Shown: positions 34,190 through 45,166, numbered from the stretch's first letter. The stretch is 64,000 bases of DNA from Methanobacteriota archaeon (GCA_963720465.1 OY970393.1:768001-832000); one strand, 5' to 3'. A program made the numbers and translations. Notes: generated by a model not told the origin, from the letters alone.

Positions 34190-34822
34190 CTATAACGTTG
34201 GGATGCGACGCGCGAGTTCGGCCCAGTCGCTGCCGACGGCCTTTTTGATGAGTTCCTTTGCTTCGGCGAAGGCAGGTGCCGGCATCACCATCTGCCAGAT
34301 ACGGGTCATGTTCTCACGATCGTCCTGTCCCATCAGCGGGAACATCCACGCCACCACTTCCGGGAACCGCTCCTGGGGAATCTCGCCGGCCATGATACCA
34401 ACCGCCTTCTCTTGCTCGGGCATAGGAACTCGTTCCCTGACAATCCGATAGAGGTGCGTATCTTCCTTGTTTAAGTGCATGTTAAGGTGAAAGCGAAATG
34501 CGGCGGTGGCCCTGGCGGTTCTTAATGGGTCATGCGCAGAATACGACGTATTCAACTCATCAAATGCCGCGTCCAAACCACGGTGGTCTTTCATATAGGC
34601 TTCAGCAACTAAAGGGGCGACTTTCTCGAGTGCCGGAAAGACGGCCAACTCTTCGCCGTGGGCGTGCCAGACCAATACTTCGTTGAACAACCAGAAACGC
34701 TCGACTGTGGCGTCAAGACCCTCCTTTCCCCGTGCTGAGCCCAACGCTGCAGCATCGATATGCTCCATGTCATTCCTGAACGCATTGTGAATGGCTAGTA
34801 TTGCATCTACAGGTTCTACCAT
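34190..34822 (-). CDS. hemerythrin-domain protein
   Basis: IHNAFR, HAHGEE..FPAL, DH, HLNKED iron-ligand pattern. Confidence 0.88.
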   Translation of the reverse strand: MVEPVDAILAIHNAFRNDMEHIDAAALGSARGKEGLDATVERFWLFNEVLVWHAHGEELAVFPALEKVAPLVAEAYMKDHRGLDAAFDELNTSYSAHDPLRTARATAAFRFHLNMHLNKEDTHLYRIVRERVPMPEQEKAVGIMAGEIPQERFPEVVAWMFPLMGQDDRENMTRIWQMVMPAPAFAEAKELIKKAVGSDWAELARRIPTL

Positions 34823-35497
34823 GACAATTCCCTCCGTGTTTTGGTTACAAAACATTACCTGTCTGAACAGGTAGATCCGATTCCCCACACTGAAACGTGA
34901 ACGTACGAGGTGTTGGCGAGAGTACTTTTTCTTGGCACGCCTGGGCCACGATAACACAGCATGTTCCTTTTCCCAATTCCGTAGCTCCTAGCTCATTATT
35001 TCTTGTGCCGTGGCGGATAATACAGTAAGAGCTATTACAGCCAGCCTGGAAGCACCCCAAAATACAGCCCTATGCCCCAAATGAAAAGAATCAGCACGAA
35101 ACCCAGCACGATTGCGTTCATCGCTTTTATCGACCTGTGATTCATCCCGACGTAGGTAATAGGCATACGTACTCTTGTTATCGCATCCGCTTGTCATAAT
35201 CCTGTGGGACGAACAAATGCAACAAACGCCTATCTTAACGAGCGAAACCCATTCGACTGCGCACAGCAGAATACTTATCTCGACCGCGGGAGCGCACTAC
35301 GTCCCTTGTCATCCGACCGACGTCCAAGCCGCACGTGCACGACATAGGTATCCCACCACAGAGGGCTTCCCTTACCTCAGCCGCCATCAGTTCGTCCGGT
35401 CATGCTGAGCAACTCGTGAATCTTATAGCGAGACTCGACAACTGCCTAAAAAGCAGGATAACAACTATAAACACAAAGACTGACGTACCAGATTATT

Positions 35498-35980
35498 ATG
35501 TCGATAGAGGAGAACAAAGCAGCCGTCCGCCACTTTTGGCAGGACCACTTGAACAAAGGTAACGCGACGATGTGCGAGAAGGACTTCGCTCCCGACGCCG
35601 TCAACCACGACCCAAGCAGCCCCGCGGTTCCGCCTGGCCCCGAGGGCATCGGACAGCTCATCACACTGTACCGCACCGCGTTTCCCGATCTCACCGCGAC
35701 CGTTGAGGACGTGATCGCCGAAGGCGACAAGGTCGCCTGCCGCCTTACGTTTCGCGGCACACACCAAGGTGAGCTCATGGGGATGCCAGCGACCGGAAAG
35801 CACGTGACCTACACGGGAATCGGCATCGACACGGTTGTCAATGGGACAATCATGGAGATGTGGCTCAATTTTGACGCTCTTGGGTTGTTGCAGCAGGTGG
35901 GAGCAGTCCCCTCGCCTGGGGCGATGGCAAAGAAGGCAGAATACTACTATAAGGGAAAAGAGGTCAAAGGACAGAAGTAG
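35498..35980 (+). CDS. SnoaL-like ester cyclase family protein
   Basis: EENKAAVR, AFPDL, IAEGDKV, GTHQGELMG, PATGK. Confidence 0.92.
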   Translation: MSIEENKAAVRHFWQDHLNKGNATMCEKDFAPDAVNHDPSSPAVPPGPEGIGQLITLYRTAFPDLTATVEDVIAEGDKVACRLTFRGTHQGELMGMPATGKHVTYTGIGIDTVVNGTIMEMWLNFDALGLLQQVGAVPSPGAMAKKAEYYYKGKEVKGQK

Positions 35981-36258
35981 GGATCAGCATTACGGTTCCC
36001 AAATCTCCTCTTTCATTACTCCGTCCTCCATTTTTATGAAGCGAATGTCCGGCTGAAAGGGTGCTTAGAAGACCTGGGCTTGAGAGCGTTTCGTGTCGTC
36101 GACTTGCTGCCTCATCTACGTTAACCTAGAAGTTGGACACGTCATCCGGCCCGTCGTCAAACGCAAGAACGTCATGCGGACTGCTCTCGTCGTGTGACTG
36201 ATCGCTATCGCTTTCGGCATTAACATTTATCTCACAGTCTACTACGGGTGAGCAGATC

Positions 36259-37173
36259 ATGACCAAAACAGTCGACCCAGCTGTAGCTTATAGAGATTCA
36301 TCATCAGGATTCAACGTGCTAAACGAGCATATCCCTTCTTTGGCACACACCGCATTATCGGAGCGTTTATGCATCTCGCTACGAGCGCCGAGCAGCAATG
36401 GCCCATATACAACAAGCAAAATACAGAAAGGGCCAGTGCTCGTGCGCGGATCTGCTGACTTGTCTGGAGAAGGCGTTGGGCTAGGCGTGCCCGTCGCTAA
36501 GTTCGCGCATCGTGTCGTTTTTCCGGGAAAAGCGTGTCTAGTCGAGCAACGAAAGGACAATCACCTTTGTACGTGGGTTGTGGACTACGAACTCAACTTA
36601 GAAGAGCTGGTAACATTCAAAAGTGGTAAGAGCATTCGAAATGAGAACTTCTACCGGCTTAAGGAATGGTTCGCAGGCCTGCACAAAGCAATCCCTATCT
36701 CACGCGGTCTTGTAGAACGCGGTAACCGAGCGGTTCGGTTCACGTGGAGACTGACCACGACGTTCGAAACGACGCCTTCTGCTGGAAGCGTACGAGTTTC
36801 TTACACCGTCGACCGTGGCGAAGGCGTACTCCACATCAGCGTTGACGCAAGCCGCCTGGGCAAGACCAGATGCACGGAAGTGATCCTTCTTAACGAGCAA
36901 GATGGGAGCCTCTTCGATCGCTACAGCGATTCCAACGGCGTAGAGCTCGTCGGCAAGGAAATTGGAACGTGGGAAGAGACCGGTGCCGATTCGGTAACGC
37001 TCAGCGACTCCCGTCATAACATCACCCTCGCGCTTCGGAGCGTCGCTCAGTCCACGATGTACCGGGGAAGAGAAGTGGCGCCAGGACGGCTCTCCTGGAC
37101 GGGTGTCGCTTACGTCATCTCGCCACGCTGCGTCGACTTTGACTATGATATCACGATTCGCGAGGCAATATGA
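36259..37173 (+). CDS. conserved-looking hypothetical protein, translationally coupled to a radical SAM gene
   Basis: 304-aa ORF; its stop overlaps the next start (ATGA). Confidence 0.75.
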   Translation: MTKTVDPAVAYRDSSSGFNVLNEHIPSLAHTALSERLCISLRAPSSNGPYTTSKIQKGPVLVRGSADLSGEGVGLGVPVAKFAHRVVFPGKACLVEQRKDNHLCTWVVDYELNLEELVTFKSGKSIRNENFYRLKEWFAGLHKAIPISRGLVERGNRAVRFTWRLTTTFETTPSAGSVRVSYTVDRGEGVLHISVDASRLGKTRCTEVILLNEQDGSLFDRYSDSNGVELVGKEIGTWEETGADSVTLSDSRHNITLALRSVAQSTMYRGREVAPGRLSWTGVAYVISPRCVDFDYDITIREAI

Positions 37174-38552
37174 CGCGCGTTCTCCTCATTTATCCGTATT
37201 TCAAACCAAAGAACAGTCGGTCGATATTTCGTTTCCCCCCACTGGGGATCTGTTACGTTGCCGCAAGTCTGCAGCAAGCTGGACACGATGTGGATATTCT
37301 GGATTGCACCTTCAAGACGCAGAAAGCAGCGCTTGAACAAGCGGCTCGCGCCGACGCCGAAGTTGTAGGGATTTACAGTATGATCACGATGCGAGAAGAG
37401 AGCATTTTGTTCGCACAGCATCTGCGCTCCCGCACAAAGCTGCTCGTGGCAGGTGGTCCTCTCCCATCGTGTGACCCTACAGCGTTTTTAGATGATTTCG
37501 ACGTGGTCATTGTAGGAGAGGGAGAGCGCACCATGGTCGAGCTCGTGCGTGCGCGTGCTACGGGCGACGCCCTTACTGAAGTCGCGGGGATTGCATATCG
37601 TGACGACCTGAGTGGGGAAGAAAACGCTCGCAGTCACCATGGCCGCGTCGTAGTCACCTCGCCGCGCCCGCTCGCAGCCAATCTTGATCATCTGCCCTTC
37701 CCAGCGCGTGATCTGCTCCCCAACGAGCAGTATATCCAGTATGGACGCCAGAAGTTTGGATATAGCAAGACGACGGTGATGACCACGCGCGGGTGCCCTT
37801 TTCGGTGCGAATTCTGTAGTAACGCCGTCTTCGGAGTCTCGTATCGGGAGCGGTCAGCGGCGAACGTCGTTGACGAAGTAGAACAAGTTCTTTCGTTGGG
37901 CTACGATTACATCCACTTCGCTGACGACGTGTTTACGTTCAACAGAGAGCGTTTGCTCGACATTTGCGCCGAAATCAAAGAGCGGGGGTTATCTTTTGCC
38001 TGGGAGTGCCTGGGCAGGGTAGATTCGATGAGCGACGAGATCGCTTCGGCGATGAAGAGAGCAGGCTGCCGCCGCGTTTTCTTTGGTATAGAATCGGGCA
38101 ATGACGATATTTTAAAGCTGATGAACAAACATATTACCGTTAGGCAAGCGCGGTCTGCGGTAACTTCTGCGCGCGAGGCGGGACTCAATGTCGGCGCATT
38201 CTTTATTGTGTGTTATCCGGGAGAGACGAACGAAACAGTGCTTGACACGCTTCGATTTGCTTCCTCGCTCCCGCTCGATTACCTCTCTTTCACTATGCCG
38301 TATCCACTGCCGAATACGCCGCTCCACGAAAGAATAAAAGAGCGAATCAACAAATCGTGGAGGCCTCCCGAAAGCGGTTTCCTGGCGCACGTGTGCATCT
38401 TTGATGCGGATTTCTCGGAGACCAAGATGAAGTTCGCTATCGTTAAGGGCCAGATCGCCTTCGTGCTGAAAAGGAGGCTCGGAAAACACGCATACGTAGT
38501 GGTAAGACCATTCGAGGCAATAACAGACTTCTTGTTCCAGCGCATGAAGTGA
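37170..38552 (+). CDS. B12-binding class B radical SAM enzyme
   Basis: PPLGI cobalamin-binding N-terminus, GGP, GEGE, TRGCPFRCEFC, GIESG. Confidence 0.93.
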   Translation: MTRVLLIYPYFKPKNSRSIFRFPPLGICYVAASLQQAGHDVDILDCTFKTQKAALEQAARADAEVVGIYSMITMREESILFAQHLRSRTKLLVAGGPLPSCDPTAFLDDFDVVIVGEGERTMVELVRARATGDALTEVAGIAYRDDLSGEENARSHHGRVVVTSPRPLAANLDHLPFPARDLLPNEQYIQYGRQKFGYSKTTVMTTRGCPFRCEFCSNAVFGVSYRERSAANVVDEVEQVLSLGYDYIHFADDVFTFNRERLLDICAEIKERGLSFAWECLGRVDSMSDEIASAMKRAGCRRVFFGIESGNDDILKLMNKHITVRQARSAVTSAREAGLNVGAFFIVCYPGETNETVLDTLRFASSLPLDYLSFTMPYPLPNTPLHERIKERINKSWRPPESGFLAHVCIFDADFSETKMKFAIVKGQIAFVLKRRLGKHAYVVVRPFEAITDFLFQRMK

Positions 38553-38555
38553 CCT

Positions 38556-38790
38556 CAAGCGCAGTGCCGCCACTGCGTCCCGACTCTGCCCCTGATCTCA
38601 AAGTTTTGCGGATCGTTCATTGTACCGCGGGCATTGGCACGGTGATCTCAGGTAATGACGTTGTTTTCATCAGACAGAATATCTGCTGTGGCTGCGTAAT
38701 ATTCCCCGTCCCCGCCGGCAGCCGGGATCATCAGCAGCGGCTGTCCCTGTCCGCGCATTTCGTAGTACAGTTCATCGCGCGTCCAGATTT
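38556..38790 (-). pseudogene. N-terminal fragment of an alpha/beta hydrolase
   Basis: ELYYEMRGQGQPLLMIPAAGGDG..VIT*DHRAN with an internal stop, truncated. Confidence 0.7.
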
Positions 38791-39145
38791 TCAACTTTCT
38801 TCTACATATAAAGGTCTTGACAGATTGGCCGCCTCACTAGGCAAATCGCACGTGCGCATATGGAGCGAAAATAACCTAGGCACTTCACGTGCTGATTTGT
38901 GCTTATTCGCCGACAGCACGTGAGGCTCTTTTGGCCTCGGAGGTGCGATCCGCCTGTTCATCTATCGTCTATTGTGGAACAGAGCCTCTGCTGTCAAACC
39001 TTCAGAGAACTCGCACAGCTGTAGCTAGACAGAAGTGATATCGCAGTCTCAAGATGGAGAACAGCGGCAGTCATGGTCAAGCCGCGTGAAGTGCTATGTC
39101 GCGCTACTTGTCGTAAAAACAAGGGGAAAAAGGGGGCGCGCCATT

Positions 39146-39388
39146 TCAGCGCTTTAGCCCCGTAAGTCGTTTGTTAACCTTTTCGAGATGAGCATTGAGG
39201 GCGTCTCTATACTCTTCCAGCATTTTGATTTCTTCATCGACATCCATCAATGGCACCGGCGGTTCCATGCTCATTCCCATGCCCATCCCGTGCCCGTGGT
39301 GCCCGTGGTGGTGATGCGTGCCGCAGTTGCAGCCACAGCTGCAGCCACAACCGCAACCCTCAAATGAACAACTATCTTGTCTGCACAT
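39146..39388 (-). CDS. small Cys/His-rich protein with coiled-coil tail (DUF5320-like)
   Basis: CGCGCSCGCNCG-HHHHGHHGH..EEIKMLEEYRDAL..VNKRL; GGAGGTGA RBS. Confidence 0.8.
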   Translation of the reverse strand: MCRQDSCSFEGCGCGCSCGCNCGTHHHHGHHGHGMGMGMSMEPPVPLMDVDEEIKMLEEYRDALNAHLEKVNKRLTGLKR

Positions 39389-39409
39389 GTATCGTTCACC
39401 TCCTTTGCA

Positions 39410-39775
39410 CTACGGCCTAAAACGCCGTTCGTAGAACCCGATTAGATCATCAAAGAGTTGTTTTCTGCGTACAATCGCACTCAGCCCCGCCTTTAGGAAA
39501 GCAGCGCCCGTCTCGGTCACGGTATACACTCTCCTGTCAGGGCCGGAATTTCCTTTCTGCCACGTCGATGCCAGCAACCCCTTCTCCTCCATTCGTCGCA
39601 ACACGGTGTAGATGCCTCTTGGCTCGAGCTTGTGACAGCCGCAGCTTCGTTCGTCGATCTCGTTGAGGAGTTGATAGCCGTACGTCGGCGTTTCATGGAG
39701 GATTCGTAGGATGAGGAACTGTATCCAGCTCCGTTCCGGATATTGCCAACAGTTGCAGCTGCTTTGATTGTACAT
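39410..39775 (-). CDS. PadR-family transcriptional regulator
   Basis: YGYQL, IYTVLRRMEEKGLL..W, GPDRRVYTVTETG. Confidence 0.92.
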   Translation of the reverse strand: MYNQSSCNCWQYPERSWIQFLILRILHETPTYGYQLLNEIDERSCGCHKLEPRGIYTVLRRMEEKGLLASTWQKGNSGPDRRVYTVTETGAAFLKAGLSAIVRRKQLFDDLIGFYERRFRP

Positions 39776-39801
39776 TGGGCGTACAAACTCCAAACATATG
39801 C

Positions 39802-39825
39802 AACATTGTTATATACGGCAATGTT
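39802..39825. promoter_or_regulatory. palindromic operator upstream of padR
   Basis: AACATTG-N10-CAATGTT perfect inverted repeat in the promoter region. Confidence 0.65.
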
Positions 39826-40013
39826 ATGTAAACATTCTCAGACTTGTTAAGCGCATAGAGTTAGAGGGATGAAACGAGAACTGTCGAAGTCATTACAGTT
39901 AGCAGATTAAGAAAACGATTCGAACTCCGTCCTTTTTCGACGTATCAAACGCGCGCAGCTCTCCAAGCTCTCCAGCTTAAGCCTTTATAAATCAACAGAG
40001 AAAGGGGAAGCGT

Positions 40014-40574
40014 ATGGTTGAACCGCGGGACACTATTAAAATTGTGAATGTGGTTGCATCCACCGGCATCGGACAAGAAATAGACCTCAAGCAAGTAACG
40101 CATGGGTTAGAAGGCGCAGATTATGATCCTAAACGGTTTCCGGGCGTCGTTTACCGCACAAAGGACCCGAAGACCGCTGCGTTACTCTTTCGGTCAGGAA
40201 AAATTGTCTGTACGGGTGCGAAGAGCATCGATGAGGCTCATGAAGGCATTAAAAACGTATTTCAAAGTCTACGAAATATCGGAATCGACGTGAAGGGAAC
40301 GCCGGAGATCACGGTTCAAAACATCGTCGCGTCAGCAGATCTGCACTCAGCTTTGAATTTGAACGCAATTGCCAACGGTCTGGGGCTTGAGAACATTGAG
40401 TACGAACCCGAACAGTTTCCAGGCCTCGTCTACCGGGTATCGGATCCTAAAGTGGTGATTCTTCTCTTTGGTTCCGGCAAACTTGTTATCACCGGCGGGA
40501 AAAAACCCGAAGATATGGTCAGCGCGGTCGATCGAATCGTTACGGAGCTTAAAAGCTTAAGCTTTCTTCGCTGA
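40014..40574 (+). CDS. tbp: TATA-box-binding protein
   Basis: Two repeats: NVVAS..YDPKRFPG..FRSGKIVCTG and NIVAS..YEPEQFPGL..FGSGKLVITG; TTTATAAA promoter upstream. Confidence 0.97.
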   Translation: MVEPRDTIKIVNVVASTGIGQEIDLKQVTHGLEGADYDPKRFPGVVYRTKDPKTAALLFRSGKIVCTGAKSIDEAHEGIKNVFQSLRNIGIDVKGTPEITVQNIVASADLHSALNLNAIANGLGLENIEYEPEQFPGLVYRVSDPKVVILLFGSGKLVITGGKKPEDMVSAVDRIVTELKSLSFLR

Positions 40575-40659
40575 ATGATTCTCCCTGAATCAGAGCGCTC
40601 AACGCAACGATTGAGGGGGTTGCAAACCGCGTGAAGTTCCAAAAAGCAAGCGCTTCGGC

Positions 40660-40970
40660 TTACCTTTTGAAGCGGGATCATTCGATGCCGCGGTAAGCAA
40701 TCTGGTCTTTCATGAAGTGAGTGACACCAATGACAAGCGAGAGGTGATCAAGGAGGCATTGCGGGTCGTCAGGGAGGGCGGGGCGTTCGCCTTTTAAGAT
40801 CTGTTCCGGAAGCGTGTGTACGGCGACATCGAGGAGTTGCTCGAAGTAGTCAGGAGTTGGGCTATCGAACGCGTCGACTTTTTTCGAGACCGCTCATTCG
40901 GGCATGGTTCAAGGCGCTGAGGCTTCCCTTTATGCTCGGCACTATTGGCATTCTCTACGGGACAAAATAA
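40660..40970 (+). pseudogene. C-terminal fragment of a class I methyltransferase
   Basis: LPFEAGSFDAAVSNLVFHEV..EALRVVREGG with a stop and a frameshift. Confidence 0.75.
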
Positions 40971-41134
40971 TACGGCGCACACCCTACTACTTCCGCACCT
41001 ACTACTCCCGCAGCACATTTGACGTCTTTACTGCGCAGCAATTGGCGAACGGCGTTCTCTAACGCGTCTCGTAACCGTATAAAATGTGAATATGACGGGC
41101 ACGAGCACGAATACGAAAAAACTTCCGATTGGAC

Positions 41135-41683
41135 TTATAAAAAAAGCGTGATTGCCATTAAAGCCAAAATTGGCAATGAGAGGTTCGATCGCTTGATCTG
41201 GTCTGCATAGGGCATCACCTTCTCAACTACGAACCCTTTTTTCGAGGCATAATACCAGTTGGCATACCATAAAAGACCTATAATGAGCATGTTTACATCA
41301 AATATGAGTTGCGCAAGCTGGAATTGGCCATATTTGCCGATAATTGACGTGGAAAATGGCACAATGGCAATTGACATTAGCCACAGGATATTTATCCAGA
41401 GAAGCGTGGTGTTGGTGTGTTTTATTATGTAGAATATGTGATGATTCATCCAAAAAACAGCCAGAAGGATGAAGCTGATCACGTAAATGAATATCTGAGG
41501 CAGAATGCTTGTTACGTACGCTCTGAATACAAGGGGAGTTACAACGCCCGTTAGGGTAGGTACTTCAATACTTAAAACCAGCAAAGTCATGGCTATGGCA
41601 AATATCCCATCGGTCAGCGTTTCAATTCTACCCGTAGGAATTTTCGGCGCGGGAATTTCGTGCTCGTGCATCGGCATCTTCAT
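41135..41683 (-). CDS. TMEM175 (DUF1211) potassium channel family, possibly 3'-truncated
   Basis: RIETLTDGIFAIAMTLLVL signature, FWMNHH, PFST. Confidence 0.88.
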   Translation of the reverse strand: MKMPMHEHEIPAPKIPTGRIETLTDGIFAIAMTLLVLSIEVPTLTGVVTPLVFRAYVTSILPQIFIYVISFILLAVFWMNHHIFYIIKHTNTTLLWINILWLMSIAIVPFSTSIIGKYGQFQLAQLIFDVNMLIIGLLWYANWYYASKKGFVVEKVMPYADQIKRSNLSLPILALMAITLFL

Positions 41684-42357
41684 GCAAATCCTGTTAGCTT
41701 AATCTTGCGGATTTGATGCGACGCGCGGAGGAGACCAACTATAGAAAAATATTCACTACGCGAAGATGCCACTTCAACCATCTAACCTCAATACTTTGCG
41801 CACGTCAGAGATACAAATCGCCCTACGACTTGGAAACTGCCCTATCTATTAAAGGATGGTGGAATAGATACAAAACGTCTTCCAAAGGCCGTGCAAGCTA
41901 TCTTGATCAGCTATCGCGGAGCACGCGTTTCTTCCGTTCCAGAGAAAGCTATTCCCGATGTGGTAAGACTACTTGCGGAAGCTGCAGTAGCAAAGCAGGA
42001 TGCCCCATTAGGGTGAAACGGCAGAAGTGTATGAAATGCTCGCGTTAAAGCAAGTGGAGAGTTCATAGCGTGATAGAATGAGCGTTAGAGAGATCATTAG
42101 CGATTTTGTGTTTATAGCGCTTCTCTTCGCAGACGGGTTGTATCGGAAGTTGCGGGGGCTGCCGCCGCGGATCGACTAATTATAAAAAAGGATAGTATCT
42201 AAGCTATCGAAGAAACGGGGGATAAAAATCACGCGATGCGGACTAGGATTGCGAGAGATCGTTGACCGATATATCGACCGCAAAATCCAAAGATATATCG
42301 ACCATTAAACCCGTTCGAACGAACCCAAGCAGGAAAAAAAAAGGAGGTGAGCGTAAA

Positions 42358-42504
42358 ATGATAGTGCCTAAATCCATAATGTTTGTCAAAAATTGTGGCA
42401 GTTATAAGACTGGCGACGGCTTGAAACTCGATAGCGCGGACGCGGCTACATTCGTAGCCGCAGGGTACGCTGTATATCGTGAAGATGATCATGAAGGTCA
42501 ATAA
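42358..42504 (+). CDS. small virus-like protein (48 aa)
   Basis: MIVPKSIMFVKNCGSYKTGDGLKLDSADAATFVAAGYAV..; perfect AAGGAGGTGA RBS. Confidence 0.6.
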   Translation: MIVPKSIMFVKNCGSYKTGDGLKLDSADAATFVAAGYAVYREDDHEGQ

Positions 42505-42721
42505 TGACTAGTGGATAAGGGCGTCTTTTAAGGAATTGGAGGGCGCTCAAAGCTTCTTTTTCCCCATTCTCCTTCTCAGTACTAACAAACAGGCACACGG
42601 CAACTTTAAGTTGTTCGCAAGTGCCATACCATTGGAATTTCGAACGACCGACCTTTGCTCCCTTTTTTTGAGCCGCTCGTATGGGGGGGGGCAGTTCGTC
42701 GAATCGATGGCGCGTAAGGTA

Positions 42722-43117
42722 ATGAGTATGGCATTCACAGAGATTACTATCCTAAGCGTTGATTGTGCTCACGCCGAGGAGTCGTTGCGCTCAAGGAATG
42801 ACATGATTGTCCCCTATATTTTGTCTAACACGCCACCCGAAGAATGGAAGGGTTACTTCGAAGAGCAAGCCCCTGCAAGTGCCAACGTAAAGATTGTGGG
42901 CAACACAGTCCGCTATAAATGCCCCAAAGACAAAGTGGCGATACAAAGGGACGGAGCATGCTGGACGATGGTGGCTAGCTTGGTGGAGGACGCAAACCGA
43001 TACTATCTCGAGAGCGAATTGAGGCGAGCGCAAGATCGACAAAAAAAGGAACGTGAGGAAGAACAACAACCAAGGGAATTTGAGATGGAATGGGATCGCT
43101 ACATGAGCCGAGACTGA
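42722..43117 (+). CDS. hypothetical protein
   Basis: ORF with a charged C-terminal helix; ATG at 42722 or 42728. Confidence 0.65.
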   Translation: MSMAFTEITILSVDCAHAEESLRSRNDMIVPYILSNTPPEEWKGYFEEQAPASANVKIVGNTVRYKCPKDKVAIQRDGACWTMVASLVEDANRYYLESELRRAQDRQKKEREEEQQPREFEMEWDRYMSRD

Positions 43118-43713
43118 ATTCCGGGCACGTATCAAAGAGCCACATGACAAGACGCTGTCATTGTGAGGTCGTTTCTGGACAAGACAATTTCGTTAGGCAC
43201 GTCTGACACTTTTACTATTTTTTCTGCTGAAGCGAGTTCCGTCAGGGGAAATAATCGTTTGCGACCTGCTTAGTTACAAACTGAATCATAACGATGAAGA
43301 GCATAGCGCTGACAGTGCCGCGTTACGGGCAGCTGAACGCTACCCTAACATTCCTGCTGACTTAGCACTGCTAAAACACGAGCTGCTGGAAGCGTATCGC
43401 TGTAAGTCTTCTCCTCGACGCGAAAGCAGGCTGCATTATCTGACAATACTATTACGCGGCGTTCTCAACGCTTACAGGGCCACAAGAACTATCAGACTGC
43501 GCACGATTACGAGCGATCTAAGTTGAATCGATCGGACTTCAAAGCGTCAATCAATTTCTCTACGATGTTCTTTGAATCCAACATTGCTGATACAGGTTCC
43601 AACCGGAATACTCCAATGTTTTCAGTCGATTTTTTACACCAGAACTATTTTCGGAGGATCAATATCTACTACTATAGGCGAGAATTACAGATCATCCAGT
43701 GCAGGTGGTGACT

Positions 43714-44061
43714 ATGAGTTACTTCTCCGAAGCGACCGAAACGATGGACCGAGGTGAACTAGACGCATTGGTTGACGAGCGCGTACGCTACACCGTCCAG
43801 TTTGCTGCGGAAAATTCTCCCTTTTATCACAAATGGTTCCGTACAAATAAGATTGTGCCCTCAACCATTAGAGAACACGAAGACCTACGCGATTTACCCA
43901 TTATATCCGGTAAACACGTCAGAAAGAGGCAGCTCCCTGAAACGCCCGAATTCGAGTTCAAGTGCACAGACTTGCCCGAGGACCTCGTGCACCTGGACGT
44001 TTACGACCCTGCACTTGACAAAGCGCTTAGTCGACCGTCGCTGAGACGAAATAAGAAGTGA
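43714..44061 (+). pseudogene. coenzyme F390 synthetase / phenylacetate-CoA ligase family, internally deleted
   Basis: ETMDRGELDAL..ENSPFY..DLPII N-terminus jumps directly to PEDLVHLDVYDP. Confidence 0.78.
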
Positions 44062-44161
44062 AGCCCGGGTTCCAAAGCTATCGATCATAGAATTTAACGG
44101 CACTCATCACCTCAGCGAGGCGGAGGTCAGATCTCATCATTAGCAGGCTGGTCGGTTGAGT

Positions 44162-45166
44162 TCATGGCGTCTCGCATGACCCTTCAACCAGCCAGTTTGT
44201 AATGGCAGAAAGGGCATCGGAATCGAGAACGCGACCCTCGGCATTGTAATGCGCTCCGACTTCAGCGGCGACAAGCTCCTCTCGCGGTCGAGGTTCGTAC
44301 TTGAGCACGTGATCGGCGTTGTCAGGGAACATGAAGATAGCATTGCCATTCTTAGCGGTGGCAGTTTGCAGCGGACCACCGTCAGCACGCCAGTCAACTT
44401 GGATGTCCTTCTTACCGATAAGAACCAGCATAGACTCCGATACCTGCGATGCGAGGTGCACCGGATTTTCGAGCCACAGCTCGCGAGCGAATGGTAGGTT
44501 TACCGGGACAGTTAAGCTGGCTAAAAGGCTTTTCATAACTTCAGGCAATGATGCATCAGGCACGATCGGTTTGCCAGCAACGAACGCAGCGATGCAGGTA
44601 TCATAGCGTTTCATTATTTCATCTCCGTTGGCAAGAGGCGAGACTTGTGCGAGCAATTGATCCCGCGCCACGAGGCCGATCGCACGACCCGGGGCGCCAG
44701 TCAGCACGAGACCTTTGAACCGCCGATGAGGTCCCCTGGCTTGATAGTTCAAAGCATGGATGACGCCTTCGCTACTCGCTAACACAAACAAACGCGATGC
44801 ATCTACGTCGCGTAGCGACACAAGCTTGGTGACAGCGTCGGTCAACTCGTCGAGGTGTCCTTGCATGCTTATCTTACCGATAAGCTGTGGGAGGTTTTCA
44901 CGCACACGTGGCCCCGCGGCTCGTTTGTCATATCGCAGCGTAATGAATCCCTTTTCAGTAAGAGCGTTAGCAAGGAGCCGACCACTGCAGTTCGTACCAG
45001 GCAGGAGTGGCGAGCACCAGTCTCGGTCAGTCGGTCCGCTGCCGGCGACAAAAACGACGACCGGATGCGGGCCGGTGTCGGTGGGGTGCGTTAAAGTCCC
45101 GTAAACTGCGATCCCATCGACGTCCCATGTGATCTCTTCACTCGTGCGTTCCAGTGTTTCAGTCAT
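44162..45166 (-). CDS. alpha/beta hydrolase (S33-like)
   Basis: AGSGPTDRD, LRYDKR, ASSEG nucleophile elbow, GKKDIQV, ADHVLK. Confidence 0.9.
   Translation of the reverse strand: MTETLERTSEEITWDVDGIAVYGTLTHPTDTGPHPVVVFVAGSGPTDRDWCSPLLPGTNCSGRLLANALTEKGFITLRYDKRAAGPRVRENLPQLIGKISMQGHLDELTDAVTKLVSLRDVDASRLFVLASSEGVIHALNYQARGPHRRFKGLVLTGAPGRAIGLVARDQLLAQVSPLANGDEIMKRYDTCIAAFVAGKPIVPDASLPEVMKSLLASLTVPVNLPFARELWLENPVHLASQVSESMLVLIGKKDIQVDWRADGGPLQTATAKNGNAIFMFPDNADHVLKYEPRPREELVAAEVGAHYNAEGRVLDSDALSAITNWLVEGSCETP

Noticed and set aside
40983-41012. 15-bp tandem duplication CCTACTACTYCCGCA
   Set aside because: Two copies only, at a pseudogene edge; consistent with replication slippage.
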